Source: Oscillospiraceae bacterium (lineage in GTDB: Bacteria; Bacillota; Clostridia; Oscillospirales; CAG-272). From it: a DNA stretch of 64,000 nucleotides. The stretch is from positions 9,794 through 73,793 of the forward strand of contig SVQP01000005.1 in the NCBI GenBank assembly GCA_015065285.1. The letters run 5' to 3'. The notes under the pieces were generated by a model. It was not told where the DNA came from. It saw only the letters and a program-made list of their open reading frames with translations, and ran no database searches. The position numbers and the translations under genes are program-made. Below are positions 25,245-35,351 of the stretch, in pieces. The stretch's first letter is position 1; every line of letters begins with the position of its first letter.

Positions 25245-25907
25245 GTGCAGGTGCCAAAAACGCAATACGTCAAGCAGGCTGAGGTTGTGATCCTGACTGC
25301 CGATGAGCGACTGGGGCAGGTGCTTGCCGCAGAGGCTGCATTGTGTGGTGCCGCATGCGTGATCGGCACGGATGCGCAGGCAATCTCGCAAGATGAGTGG
25401 GCGCGTGCCCGCGTTGCCATTGTGGATCTGGACGGCAAGCTGGGCGGCAGCATTCCCGAGCAGGTAAGAGTACTGGGGCTTTGCCGCGACCCCGAAGCGC
25501 TGTCCATGCGCGCACGGCGCACAGCGCATCTTTTGTTCCGCAGACCCGTGCTCATGCAGGATCTGCGTCGCGAGCTGAGTGTGCTGCTGGACGAGAAGCA
25601 GGCGGTTGCGCACGTGTCGGTATCCCGTAAAAGCGCAATGCTGCAGCTGCAAAAGGAAAGCAAATGCGTGCTGATGGGCAACCGTCAGATCTCCTTGAGC
25701 GATAAGGAATTTACAGTGCTCTCGTGCCTGATCGAAAAAGGGGGGCAGGGGCTTTCCAAGGGGGAGCTTGCCGATCTTTTGGATGCCGGGGAGAGCAACG
25801 AAGGGCAGGTATATATCTGCCATTTGCGTAAGAAGCTGGAGCATGCCTTCGGGCTGCGCTTGATCCGCACCGTGCGCAATTGGGGCTATCGCTATGAAGG
25901 ATCATGA
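25245..25907 (+). CDS. Winged-helix (OmpR/PhoB-type Trans_reg_C) DNA-binding protein with an atypical N-terminal domain
   Basis: The C-terminus LSDKEFTVLSCL...YICHLRKKLE...IRTVRNWGYRY is OmpR-like. The start is a GTG. The N-terminal 110 aa is only loosely receiver-like. Confidence 0.55.
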   Translation: MQVPKTQYVKQAEVVILTADERLGQVLAAEAALCGAACVIGTDAQAISQDEWARARVAIVDLDGKLGGSIPEQVRVLGLCRDPEALSMRARRTAHLLFRRPVLMQDLRRELSVLLDEKQAVAHVSVSRKSAMLQLQKESKCVLMGNRQISLSDKEFTVLSCLIEKGGQGLSKGELADLLDAGESNEGQVYICHLRKKLEHAFGLRLIRTVRNWGYRYEGS

Positions 25908-25940
25908 AAAAACCACCGATTGATCATCGGTGGTTTTTCG

Positions 25941-26951
25941 TTATTTTTCATCCAGACCGCCTTCGCCTGCCAAAGGGTTGGCGGACATGGCTTGCTCGAT
26001 GCTCTTGTTGGCAACGTGGGTGTAGATCTGCGTGGTGTTGAGCTGCTCGTGACCCAGAATCTCCTTGAGCACGCGCACGTCCACCTCGCCCGACTGATAC
26101 ATCAGCGTAGCAGCTGTGTGGCGCAGCTTATGTACCGAGTAGTGCTTGGCACCAAGACCTGCAAGATCCAGATACTTGTAAACCGTATACTGCACGGTTT
26201 TGACGCTGATGCGCTGGCATCTCTCACTCAAAAACAGTGCCTTATCGGTGTTTTTGCGGTATTTTTCCTGCAGGCGGACCTGCATGTATTGCGAGAGCGC
26301 AGCGCGGCAGGATTCGTTGAGGTAGATGATTCTTTCCTTGTTTCCTTTACCGATTACGCGTAAGGAGCGGTACTCGCGATCAAGATCGGGCAGGCTGATG
26401 CCCGCAAGCTCCGAGACACGCATGCCGCAATTGAGAAACAGCGTGATCATGCAATAGTCGCGCACGCGGTTGGGGGAGGCGGTATCATTTTTGATCGCAT
26501 CCAGCAGCGCGTGGCATTCCTCCAAGGAAAGGTGCTTGGGCAGCGCCTTTTTCTTTTTGGGCGTTTCAATGTCCACAGCAGGGTTGACCTCCAAAAGGTG
26601 ACGCTTGACTGTCAGATATTTGTAAAACGCCTTGATGGCGGAAAGCTTGCGCGCTTTTGCCGCGCCCGCGTTGCCGCGCACAGTGCCGGTGTATACGAGA
26701 AACTCGTAGATGCGGTCGGTTGTGATCTTTTTGATATAGTCCAGATCCGCGTACAGAATCTCAATCTTCTCGAAATCCTCGCCCTCGGTGTCAAGCCCGT
26801 GATCCTTGGCATAAAGCCAACGGAAAAAGGTGCGCAGATCGGTCAGATACTCACTCACGGTTTTATCCGAGCAGCCCTGAATGACCGATTTGTATGACGC
26901 AAACTCGCGGACAATGGCAGGGAATTCCTCTATATTGACGGTGTATGCCAT
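25941..26951 (-). CDS. Tyrosine site-specific recombinase (XerC/XerD family)
   Basis: C-terminal HKLRHTAATLM ... LGHEQLNTTQIYTHV with the R..H..R..Y catalytic pattern, and an N-terminal SAM-like domain. Confidence 0.85.
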   Translation of the reverse strand: MAYTVNIEEFPAIVREFASYKSVIQGCSDKTVSEYLTDLRTFFRWLYAKDHGLDTEGEDFEKIEILYADLDYIKKITTDRIYEFLVYTGTVRGNAGAAKARKLSAIKAFYKYLTVKRHLLEVNPAVDIETPKKKKALPKHLSLEECHALLDAIKNDTASPNRVRDYCMITLFLNCGMRVSELAGISLPDLDREYRSLRVIGKGNKERIIYLNESCRAALSQYMQVRLQEKYRKNTDKALFLSERCQRISVKTVQYTVYKYLDLAGLGAKHYSVHKLRHTAATLMYQSGEVDVRVLKEILGHEQLNTTQIYTHVANKSIEQAMSANPLAGEGGLDEK

Positions 26952-27086
26952 AAAACCCACCTTCTTTTTTAACATTCTATTACTATTATACACCAAGCCG
27001 TGATTTTTTAGTGGATAAACTGTAAACATTCCTCGACCGTACTTGTTTTATTTGCAAAAAATCAGTATAATGTTGATATCAAAAGG

Positions 27087-27773
27087 ATGATCGGAGCATC
27101 TATGAAGAACTTTTTTTCTAAGCATTCCTATGATTTTGTGCGCATGCTGCTTGTGCAGAGCATGATCGGCGGATTTTTCGGCTTCGCGCTTGCCATTGCC
27201 GTCACCGGTATCGGGGCGCAGAGCAGTGAAACGGGCGAGCTGAGCGGCACCAGCGAGATATTGCTGCTGGTTACCAGCGTGTGTGCAATCATTTTCTATT
27301 TGTTTTTGATCTACGTGCAGATCTGGGAGATCGGTGGTAAGGACGAAATGTCGCACCGCGTGCACGGCACAAAGCCCAATATTTATAAGGGGCTTTTGAT
27401 TGCGCTTTGCGCAAACGTACCCAATTTCCTGCTGGCGGGCTTGATCGCGCTGGGTTATGCGTTCCCGGGTGTGGAGTGGATTGCCAGCGTCAGCTTTATC
27501 AGTGATCTTGTGACCAAGTTTGTTCACGGTATGTATCTTGGCATTATCCAGCATGAATTTGTGCAGGGATTTGCCCTGATGAACCAGTGGTGGATCTTCT
27601 TTTTGCTGCCCCTGCCCGCACTTGTAACCTCGTTTGCAGCGTACAATCTTGGCAGAAAGGGCTTCCATCTGACCGGCATCCTGGCACCTGTTGTGCCCGC
27701 ATCCGATCGCCCCACCAAGGAAGAGCGCAAGGCTGCAAGAAAAGCCAAAAGGGAACAGAAGAATCAGAAATAA
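27087..27773 (+). CDS. Hypothetical polytopic membrane protein
   Basis: Several hydrophobic helices and a basic Lys/Arg C-terminal tail. I recognise no family. The alternative start at 27102 is possible. Confidence 0.5.
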   Translation: MIGASMKNFFSKHSYDFVRMLLVQSMIGGFFGFALAIAVTGIGAQSSETGELSGTSEILLLVTSVCAIIFYLFLIYVQIWEIGGKDEMSHRVHGTKPNIYKGLLIALCANVPNFLLAGLIALGYAFPGVEWIASVSFISDLVTKFVHGMYLGIIQHEFVQGFALMNQWWIFFLLPLPALVTSFAAYNLGRKGFHLTGILAPVVPASDRPTKEERKAARKAKREQKNQK

Positions 27774-27779
27774 GCATAA

Positions 27780-27810
27780 GCGACCACCCGTGTGGGTGGT
27801 CGCGATTTTT
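27780..27810 (+). terminator. Intrinsic terminator
   Basis: GCGACCACCC, gtgt, GGGTGGTCGC, followed by GATTTTT. Confidence 0.8.
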
Positions 27811-27935
27811 ATTTGAAAAACCTGTCGAAAATCTTGCTCGCGTTCACACAAAGTTCACACTATTTTGCAAAAGATGTGGTATAATGTACTATCACTATTT
27901 TTGTCAAAAAACATAACACTTTTTGGGAGGGTATT

Positions 27936-29408
27936 ATGGCTGAATTGAAAATGCTTGCCATCGACCTTGGCGCCTCCAGCGGCAGAGGTATCGTTGGCTC
28001 CTTTGACGGCGAAAAGCTGACCTTGCGCGAGAATCACAGATTCTCCAATGACCCCATGTACGTCAACGGAAGATTTACCTGGGACATTCTGCGCATTTAC
28101 TTTGAGATCAAGAACTCGATCACAAAAACCATTATCGACGGTGACGACATCGCCAGCATGGGTATTGATACCTGGGGCGTTGACTACGGTATGGTAGACA
28201 AGAACGGCAGACTGATGGCAAATCCCATCCACTACCGCGACACCAGAACCGAGAACGTAACCGATTACGTCAAGGGCTTTGTATCCCCCGAAGAAATTTA
28301 CAACGTGACCGGTATTCAGGCAATCGACTTTAACACGCTCAACCAGCTCGCAGTTGAAAAGAGAGACAACGCAGAGGGCTTTGACAGAGCGGACAAGATC
28401 CTGTTTATCCCCGACCTGCTCAACTACTTCCTGACCGGCAAGATGGCTACCGAATACACCATCGCCTCCACCGGTATGATCCTGGATGCAAACTCCAGAA
28501 AGATCTCTGCTGAGCTGATCTCCAAGCTGGGCATTCCCGAGAGCAAGTTTGCTCCCATGGTTGAGCCCGGCACCAACCTTGGCGCACTGCTTCCTTCCAT
28601 CACCGAAGAGGTGGGCAAGAACCGCATTCAGGTTTACACCACCGCCTCTCACGATACTGCTTCTGCCGTGATTGCGGTTCCCGCAAAGGGCAAGGACTTT
28701 ATCTACATCTCCTCCGGTACCTGGTCGCTCATGGGCGCTGAGCTGGATGCTCCGCTGATCAACGATGCAACCAGAGCTGCTAACTTTACCAACGAGGGCG
28801 GCGCACAGGGTACCATCAGATTCCTTAAGAACATCATGGGTCTTTGGATCATTCAGGAATCCAGAAGACAGTGGAAGAGAGAAGGTAAGGATTACTCGTT
28901 CGCACAGATGGAGACTTGGGCGAAGGAATGCACGCCCTTCCGTTCTCTGATCAACGTGGACTACAAGACCTTCAATACTCCCGGCAATATGCCCGAGAAG
29001 ATTCGCGATTACTGCCGCATGACCGGTCAGCCCGTTCCCGAGAGCGTTGGCGAGGTTGTTCGTTGCATTTACGAATCTCTGGCACTCAAGTACCGTTACA
29101 CAGTAGAAACCATTGTAAAGCTGCAGGGTAAGCCCGCTAACATGATCAACGTCGTGGGCGGCGGCACCAAGGATAAGTTCCTGTCTCAGATGACCGCGGA
29201 TGCTTGCGGTATTCCCGTATGCGCAGGCCCCGAAGAGGCTACCGCAATCGGTAACCTGGTCATGCAGGCAATCGCACAGGGCGAGATCAAGGATCTTGCC
29301 GAGGCAAGAGAGGTTGTTGCTAACTCGTTCGAGATGAAGCACTACCAGCCTTGTGCAGAAAGAGAAGCTTGGGACGAGGCTTACGAGCGCTTCTGCAAGC
29401 TGCAGTAA
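27936..29408 (+). CDS. rhaB: Rhamnulokinase (FGGY carbohydrate kinase)
   Basis: N-terminus AIDLGASSGR...HRF.N......G...WD is typical of RhaB. The FGGY C-terminal domain is present. Confidence 0.75.
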   Translation: MAELKMLAIDLGASSGRGIVGSFDGEKLTLRENHRFSNDPMYVNGRFTWDILRIYFEIKNSITKTIIDGDDIASMGIDTWGVDYGMVDKNGRLMANPIHYRDTRTENVTDYVKGFVSPEEIYNVTGIQAIDFNTLNQLAVEKRDNAEGFDRADKILFIPDLLNYFLTGKMATEYTIASTGMILDANSRKISAELISKLGIPESKFAPMVEPGTNLGALLPSITEEVGKNRIQVYTTASHDTASAVIAVPAKGKDFIYISSGTWSLMGAELDAPLINDATRAANFTNEGGAQGTIRFLKNIMGLWIIQESRRQWKREGKDYSFAQMETWAKECTPFRSLINVDYKTFNTPGNMPEKIRDYCRMTGQPVPESVGEVVRCIYESLALKYRYTVETIVKLQGKPANMINVVGGGTKDKFLSQMTADACGIPVCAGPEEATAIGNLVMQAIAQGEIKDLAEAREVVANSFEMKHYQPCAEREAWDEAYERFCKLQ

Positions 29409-29446
29409 TTTTTGACAGTACAGTGATTTTGTAACGGAGGTACAAC

Positions 29447-30592
29447 ATGAAGGAACAGCAGTTTGCCGATCTCAGCTTAATCGGTATGCGCGGATGCGAG
29501 GAAATCGCAAAAAAGGTTGACTATTATCTCAAGGACTGGCATGGCATGAACCCCAATGACACCTACCTTGTCAACGTCACTTGCCCCAGATTCGGTACGG
29601 GCGAGGCGAAGGCGCTGATCAAGCAGTCCATGCGCGGTCAGGACGTGTACATCATCTGTGACGTGTTCAATTACAGCGTGACTTACAAGATGTACGGTAT
29701 GACCGTTCCCATGAGTCCCGACGATCATTATGCCGATCTGAAGCGCGTGATTGCCGCTGTTGCGGGAAAGGCAAGAAGAATCACCGTAATCATGCCCATG
29801 CTTTACGAGGGCAGACAGCACCGCAGACAGGCAAGAGAATCGCTTGACTGTGCGCTGATGCTGCAGGAGCTGGTTGCGATGGGTGTTTCCAACATTATCA
29901 CCTTTGATGCACATGACCCCAGAATCTGTAACGCAATTCCTCTGGCAGGCTTTGACGACGTCAGACCCACCTACCAGATGATCAAGGCGCTGGTTCGCAG
30001 CGTGCCCGATATCGTAATCGATAAGGACAACATGGTCATTATTTCTCCCGACGAGGGTGCTATGCAGAGATGTATGTACTATTCCTCGGTGCTGGGACTT
30101 GATATCGGTATGTTCTATAAGCGTCGTAACTATTCCATCGTGGTCAACGGCAAGAACCCCATTGAGGCGCACGAGTACCTCGGTCAGGATCTGCACGGCA
30201 AGGACGTGCTGATCGTGGATGACATGATCTCCTCGGGTGAATCTCTCTTGGACGTTGCAAGCCAGCTCAAGAACAGGGGAGCTAAGCGCGTATTTGCCGC
30301 TGCTTCGTTCGGTCTGTTTACCGATGGCTGCGATAAGTTTGACAAGGCATATGAGACCGGCTTGATCGACCGCGTGCTGTCCACCAATCTGGTGTACCGC
30401 CGCCCCGAGCTTGCAGAGCGTCCTTGGTTTGTTGAGGTGGATATGTCCAAGTACGTTTCCTATATTGTGGAAACGCTCAACCACGATACCACCATCAGCG
30501 AGCTGCTTGATCCCGTTACCAAGATCAATGCACTTATGGAAAAGCACAAGGCAGAACTTGCCGCTCAGGGTCAGATCAAAATGGATATTTAA
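29447..30592 (+). CDS. prs: Ribose-phosphate pyrophosphokinase (long form)
   Basis: ITFDAHD and VDDMISSGESL PRPP-binding loop. Confidence 0.85.
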   Translation: MKEQQFADLSLIGMRGCEEIAKKVDYYLKDWHGMNPNDTYLVNVTCPRFGTGEAKALIKQSMRGQDVYIICDVFNYSVTYKMYGMTVPMSPDDHYADLKRVIAAVAGKARRITVIMPMLYEGRQHRRQARESLDCALMLQELVAMGVSNIITFDAHDPRICNAIPLAGFDDVRPTYQMIKALVRSVPDIVIDKDNMVIISPDEGAMQRCMYYSSVLGLDIGMFYKRRNYSIVVNGKNPIEAHEYLGQDLHGKDVLIVDDMISSGESLLDVASQLKNRGAKRVFAAASFGLFTDGCDKFDKAYETGLIDRVLSTNLVYRRPELAERPWFVEVDMSKYVSYIVETLNHDTTISELLDPVTKINALMEKHKAELAAQGQIKMDI

Positions 30593-30595
30593 CAG

Positions 30596-30852
30596 CAAAC
30601 AGGGCAGAGCCGCATAGCGTGATGTCCTTAACGGACAATCACGCAATGAATTGCAACCTTGCGGTTGCGTGAATTGAAAGCCGCGCTTTCGTGAATTGCC
30701 TGCGGCATGAATTGCGCCTTTCGGCACATTGGTTGCAATTCAATTCATGGAGCGAAGCGAGAATTCATGGCAAAGCCAATTCATGATGCGATAGTTGCAA
30801 AGCAACTAGCATCAATTCATCAATAAAACAAACAGGGCAGAGCCGCACAGCG
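30596..30852. repeat. ATGAATT-word array, copy 2, flanked by a 24-nt direct repeat
   Basis: (A/G)TGAATT at 30646, 30669, 30691 and 30707. Inverted AATTCAT at 30742, 30762, 30778 and 30814. Flanks 30596-30619 and 30829-30852 are identical except for one base. Confidence 0.85.
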
Positions 30853-30866
30853 GCTCTGCTTTTTTT
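30837..30866 (+). terminator. Intrinsic terminator (prs)
   Basis: GCAGAGCCG, cacag, CGGCTCTGC, followed by T7. Confidence 0.85.
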
Positions 30867-30957
30867 GTTTTCAGCACTTCTGAGTAAAAAATAACTGTTG
30901 CAATTATCTTTATAATGTGATATAATATTAATAACTATAAGCAAAGGACTCATTTTT

Positions 30958-31470
30958 ATGAAACTGATTGCATTTCCCGAATGTGGAAAGATTGTCAATA
31001 CACACGGCGTTATGGGCGCTGTCAAGATCGAGAGCTGGTGCAACACCCCGCAGGTGCTGGCAAAGCTGAAGCGCGTGTATCTGCCCACCAAAGAGGGCTT
31101 CAAGGAGCTGAAGGTCAACCGAGCCTCGGTATTCAAGCAGTTCGTCATTGCCGAGCTGGAGGGAGTTGGCACGGTGGATGCGGCAAATGCGCTGCGCGGC
31201 AAGGTGCTGCATGCGGCAAGAGAGGACCTCAAGATCCCCGAGGGCGAGTATCTGATCGCTGAGCTGATCGGGCTTGACGTTGTTGACGTCAACACCGGTC
31301 GCGTTTACGGGCAGCTTTGCGAGGTGCTTGATCAGGGACCTGCCGATATTTACGTGGTCAAAACGCCTGACGGTGAGCGAATGATGCCCGCTGTGGATGA
31401 ATTTGTCAAGGGCATTGATCCCGAACGCGGCATTCTGGTCGCCCCCATCGGCGGCATGCTGGAGGATTGA
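30958..31470 (+). CDS. rimM: 16S rRNA processing protein RimM
   Basis: 170 aa with a RimM-like N-terminal beta-barrel and PRC domain. Lies directly upstream of trmD as in most bacteria. Confidence 0.85.
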   Translation: MKLIAFPECGKIVNTHGVMGAVKIESWCNTPQVLAKLKRVYLPTKEGFKELKVNRASVFKQFVIAELEGVGTVDAANALRGKVLHAAREDLKIPEGEYLIAELIGLDVVDVNTGRVYGQLCEVLDQGPADIYVVKTPDGERMMPAVDEFVKGIDPERGILVAPIGGMLED

Positions 31471-31475
31471 CGCAT

Positions 31476-32177
31476 ATGCGATTTGATATTATGACGCTGT
31501 TTCCCGATCTGGTCAATACCGTGCTTGGAGAGAGCATTATCGGGCGCGCGCAGAAAAGCGGCGCGATCGAGGTACGTACCCATCAGATCAGGGATTACTC
31601 CGAGGACAAGCACCGTCGCGTGGACGATACGCCTTACGGTGGCGGAAAGGGCATGCTGATGGCAGCACCACCCGTGTACAACTGCTATCAGGGTGTGCTG
31701 CGCGCGCAGGCAGAGGATGGCTTTACCGGCACGCGTCGCGTCATCTTTTTGTCGCCCGCAGGCAAGGTGCTGACGCAGAAAAAGGCGGAGGAGCTTGCCA
31801 AATATGATAATCTCGTGCTGCTGTGTGGGCATTACGAGGGCATTGACTGTCGCGTGATCGACGAGATTGTGGACGAGGAGCTTTCGATTGGCGATTACGT
31901 GCTGACCGGCGGTGAGATTCCCGCTTGCATTCTGGTGGACTGCGTCTCTCGCCTTTGCGAGGGTGTGCTGGCGGATGCCGAGTGCTATGAAAAAGAGAGC
32001 ATTTCCTCGGGGCTATTGGAATACCCCCAGTATACAAGACCTTACGAATGGCACGGTGTAGCCGTTCCCGACGTGCTGATCTCGGGACATCATGCCAATA
32101 TTGAAGCGTGGCGACTGCAAAAAGCCACCGAAAAAACAGAGAGGCAAAGACCTGATCTGCTGCAGAAAAAAGATTGA
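31476..32177 (+). CDS. trmD: tRNA (guanine37-N1)-methyltransferase
   Basis: MRFDIMTLFPD ... DDTPYGGG ... GHYEGIDCRV ... SIGDYVLTGGE motifs. GGAGGA lies 9 nt upstream. Confidence 0.9.
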   Translation: MRFDIMTLFPDLVNTVLGESIIGRAQKSGAIEVRTHQIRDYSEDKHRRVDDTPYGGGKGMLMAAPPVYNCYQGVLRAQAEDGFTGTRRVIFLSPAGKVLTQKKAEELAKYDNLVLLCGHYEGIDCRVIDEIVDEELSIGDYVLTGGEIPACILVDCVSRLCEGVLADAECYEKESISSGLLEYPQYTRPYEWHGVAVPDVLISGHHANIEAWRLQKATEKTERQRPDLLQKKD

Positions 32178-32191
32178 AAGGAGGGATCGTC

Positions 32192-34189
32192 TTGATCGAT
32201 CACGCAAGTGCGCAAAAGAAAAATCACGTAGGCTCGTTGTTTTTTCATTTGTTTCACCGCATATCCGTCTGGATCTATATGCTGCTTTGTAACTGCTTTC
32301 CCGCAAGACTGTTGACCTCCTATGAAAGGCTGGAAGCACGCTGGGAGCAGCTTTGCACCACCGTGTTCGGCACGCCCGATGCAAAGCTTCGCCGCAATCT
32401 GCATATGCTTCGCCTGCGCATTGCGGGCTTGCTGGAGCATAGCAAGCTGCTTGGCTTGGCAGCGCGCTTTGTTCGTTTCTTAGTTTATTGTCCCTTGAAC
32501 GTATACGGCATTTTCCTGTTCGTTTACGGTGCCGTGAGTGCGGTGGTGTATTTCATTGCGCCTCGCATTTCGGTCAATTATGCGGGTGACGATATTATCT
32601 GGGGCATAACCGGTATTGTGCTGGCGGTTGCTTCGTTGCCGCTTTTGTGTACAGGTAAGAGCCTGTATCGCGTTGCCTTTGGCAGCCGCGTGCTTGGCAA
32701 GCTGCTGCGTGGATATCTCGGCTTGGAGCCCTTGGGGCAAGAAAAGCGCGAGCGCGGCAATACGGTGCTTGTGTATCTGGCGCTGCTGCTTGGCGCAGCG
32801 CTTGGTGCGCTGACCTTCTTTTATCATCCCGCAACGGTTCCGCTGCTCATTCTTTTACTGGCAGCTTTGCTGGTTGTACTGTATATTCCCGAGGCAGGCG
32901 TGCTGCTTGCACTTGCTACCTTTTCCTTGTGGTGGGTAACAGGGCAGCCCACGCTTTGTGCGGTGGGCATTGCAGCCGTTACGCTTATCAGCTTTATCAA
33001 TAAGTTGATTCGCGGTAAGCGCGTGATTCACGTGCGACTTCTTGATTTTGCCGTGCTGCTGCTTGGCACTGTGTTTGCAACGCACGGAATCTTTTCGCAG
33101 GGCGGTATCCAATCCCTCTTTTACGGCATTGGCTACACCTTGCTGATCGGTATGTATTTCCCAACCGTGAATTTGATCCGTTCTCGCGAGTGGCTCAACA
33201 GATGCTACGGCTTGTTGGCAATCTCGGGCGCGTTCCTCTCCGTGATCAGCCTTTTGGAGCTGGTGGATATCATCAGCTTTTTGAAGCTGCTGCTGATGCG
33301 TGTGGATCTTTCCATGATGGACGTGCTGTTTGAACGGTACACAATCTACTTTGGGCAGGGAAGCGTGGTAGGCGGTATGCTTTTGATGCTGATTCCGCTC
33401 ATGCTTGCCGATCTGAGCACAAAACGCACCGTGACCGGCTTTGTATGGAAAACCCTTTGGCTGCTTGCCGGCTGCGTTTCGGTGGTCATTGCCATGCAGG
33501 TTGGCGTTTGGGTCGGGCTTGGCGTTGCCTTGCTGCTGTTCTTCTTTACGTATAGCTATAAATCGCTCAGTGCAACCATTCTGTTGGCGTTTCCCGCTGC
33601 GTGTGGCGTTGCCTGGTTTTCGGAGCTGGATCGCCTGTTCAACATTCGTAATATTCAGATCGTGCAGGCAATGACAGACGTGCTGTACGGCTATGCGGGC
33701 AGCATGGCAGACCGCAGTGCGCTCTGGAATTCGGTTCTGAGCATGACAAAGGACCATATGCTGGGTACGGGACTTGGCGAGCATGCCGTGCATGCGGTGT
33801 TTCCGCAATATGCCCCCAGCGGCATGGAAGGCGTGACCGATATGCAAAACGCATATGTGCAGCTGCTGGCTGAATGCGGCTGGATCGCTGTGATCATGCT
33901 GTTTGCGGTTTTGCTTTTGTTCTGTATTTGCGTGCTGACGTATCTGCATTGGGGCGGCCATAAGATCACCAAGGCACGCGTTGCCGCAGGCTTTGCAGGC
34001 GTAGCTGGCGTGCTTTGTATGGGTATTGCATGCAATTTCTGGAATAGCGCCAGTGTATTTGCACTGCTTTGGCTGGTCATTGCGTTGACGGTGGCAAGTG
34101 TTCGCACCCAATATGACACGCAGGATCGCGCGATCAATACTCATATTGCAACAGAAGAGCGTGCAGATATCGCGTTCCGATCAAAATAA
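32192..34189 (+). CDS. O-antigen ligase / polymerase-like (Wzy_C) polytopic membrane protein
   Basis: More than 10 TM helices and a periplasmic-loop region GTGLGEHAVHAVFPQYAP typical of the family. The start is uncertain: a TTG at 32192 follows AAGGAGGG, and the ORF is open from 32174. Confidence 0.6.
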   Translation: MIDHASAQKKNHVGSLFFHLFHRISVWIYMLLCNCFPARLLTSYERLEARWEQLCTTVFGTPDAKLRRNLHMLRLRIAGLLEHSKLLGLAARFVRFLVYCPLNVYGIFLFVYGAVSAVVYFIAPRISVNYAGDDIIWGITGIVLAVASLPLLCTGKSLYRVAFGSRVLGKLLRGYLGLEPLGQEKRERGNTVLVYLALLLGAALGALTFFYHPATVPLLILLLAALLVVLYIPEAGVLLALATFSLWWVTGQPTLCAVGIAAVTLISFINKLIRGKRVIHVRLLDFAVLLLGTVFATHGIFSQGGIQSLFYGIGYTLLIGMYFPTVNLIRSREWLNRCYGLLAISGAFLSVISLLELVDIISFLKLLLMRVDLSMMDVLFERYTIYFGQGSVVGGMLLMLIPLMLADLSTKRTVTGFVWKTLWLLAGCVSVVIAMQVGVWVGLGVALLLFFFTYSYKSLSATILLAFPAACGVAWFSELDRLFNIRNIQIVQAMTDVLYGYAGSMADRSALWNSVLSMTKDHMLGTGLGEHAVHAVFPQYAPSGMEGVTDMQNAYVQLLAECGWIAVIMLFAVLLLFCICVLTYLHWGGHKITKARVAAGFAGVAGVLCMGIACNFWNSASVFALLWLVIALTVASVRTQYDTQDRAINTHIATEERADIAFRSK

Positions 34190-34204
34190 ATGTAAGAGGG
34201 AAGA

Positions 34205-34807
34205 ATGATGGCTGATAATAAAAAGAATCAGATAATTGCAGACGACCAAAAGGCGTCCAGCATTGCGCCCGAGACAGCGGCAGCGCCTGTTGTTGAGGTC
34301 AAGAAAAAGGTGCGCAAAGCCCCCAAAGTCAAAAAGCCCAAGAAAAAGGGAATTCCGCTTATTGTGGATATTCTGATCGTGGTATTGCTGCTTGCCGTTG
34401 TGGCAGGGGCTGTGTACGGCTTGTATTCGCTTGGCAAGTATTTTTCCACCAGATATGCAGAGATGGAAATTACGTATACGCTTTTGCTGCGTGACGTGGA
34501 TCCCGCGCTCGTGCTGGATCAGGAGGACAATTGCGTGATTTTACCGGATTCGAACGTTTTCTTGGCAGAGGAAGAGAGCACACACACGATCGGTCGCGTG
34601 CTGTCTACCTCGGTGGATTTCAAGGATGACGGCAGTACGGACGTTCTTGTGACTGTGCGTACCACGGCAAATTATAATTATACGTTGGGTTACTTTGTGG
34701 AGGATACCAAGATCGCGGTTGGCAAAGAGTATCTCTGTCGCTTCAGCGGCGTAATGGGCAAGGCGCTGATCGTGGAATTGCAAGTACAGGAGGCAGACAA
34801 TGAGTAA
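34205..34807 (+). CDS. Membrane-anchored hypothetical protein (tentatively DUF4330-like)
   Basis: Basic N-terminus, a single TM helix, then a beta-rich domain. Similar layout to the next gene. Confidence 0.5.
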   Translation: MMADNKKNQIIADDQKASSIAPETAAAPVVEVKKKVRKAPKVKKPKKKGIPLIVDILIVVLLLAVVAGAVYGLYSLGKYFSTRYAEMEITYTLLLRDVDPALVLDQEDNCVILPDSNVFLAEEESTHTIGRVLSTSVDFKDDGSTDVLVTVRTTANYNYTLGYFVEDTKIAVGKEYLCRFSGVMGKALIVELQVQEADNE

Positions 34808-35351
34808 AGAAGAAAAAAGCAAAACGCGCTTGACCTCAGGCGGTGTTTTCGTAGATATTTTTGTCGGCTTTCTGATCGCCGCCTGCCTTGCGGGCATTAT
34901 ATACCGCTGCTTTATTTATGATCCTTACAAGAGCGATGAGCCGGGTGAGGCTCACATGGTCTACTTTGAAATTCTGGATGCACAGGAGCAATATGCCAAG
35001 TATCTGGAGAGCGGTGATTCTGTGTACGATGCACAAACCGGTTTGCTGATTGGCAAGCTGGCAGTGCACAAGGAGAGCGCAGAGGGCTCTGCCGTTTCTG
35101 TGCGCAATGGCGAGAATGATACGGAAGAGCTTGTGGTAAAGGGCGTATTCCGCAGCAATCCCGGCACGCTTGATCAGGGAACGCTGGTCATGGACGGAAC
35201 GTATATGCTGACCCCCGGACAGGTTCTGGAGATCTATACGGATACGGTCAGTGTTTCTGTCAAGATTACCAAGATTATCAAGGTAACCGAGGACCCCGCA
35301 TTCGAAGATGAGGAGAAGGACGGCGAGATCGTAGACGTGCAATCGGAGTAA
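34800..35351 (+). CDS. Membrane-anchored hypothetical protein (tentatively DUF4330-like, second copy)
   Basis: Overlaps the upstream gene by 8 nt. A single TM helix then a beta-rich domain. Confidence 0.5.
   Translation: MSKEEKSKTRLTSGGVFVDIFVGFLIAACLAGIIYRCFIYDPYKSDEPGEAHMVYFEILDAQEQYAKYLESGDSVYDAQTGLLIGKLAVHKESAEGSAVSVRNGENDTEELVVKGVFRSNPGTLDQGTLVMDGTYMLTPGQVLEIYTDTVSVSVKITKIIKVTEDPAFEDEEKDGEIVDVQSE

Noticed and set aside
25941-26951. Tyrosine recombinase as a marker of an integrated island, or as an invertase controlling an invertible promoter.
   Set aside because: I found no flanking direct or inverted repeats, no tRNA, and no compositional break around it. The N-terminal SAM-like domain plus the C-terminal catalytic motifs look like a housekeeping Xer-type recombinase.
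27855-30727. Long minus-strand ORFs (495 aa and 416 aa) opposite rhaB and prs.
   Set aside because: They are antisense shadow frames with no motifs, and the sense-strand genes are clearly identifiable.
32855-34144. A 429-aa minus-strand ORF opposite the O-antigen-ligase-like gene.
   Set aside because: Its composition is His/Gln/Lys/Ala-rich and typical of the reverse complement of a hydrophobic membrane-protein gene. There is no start context.
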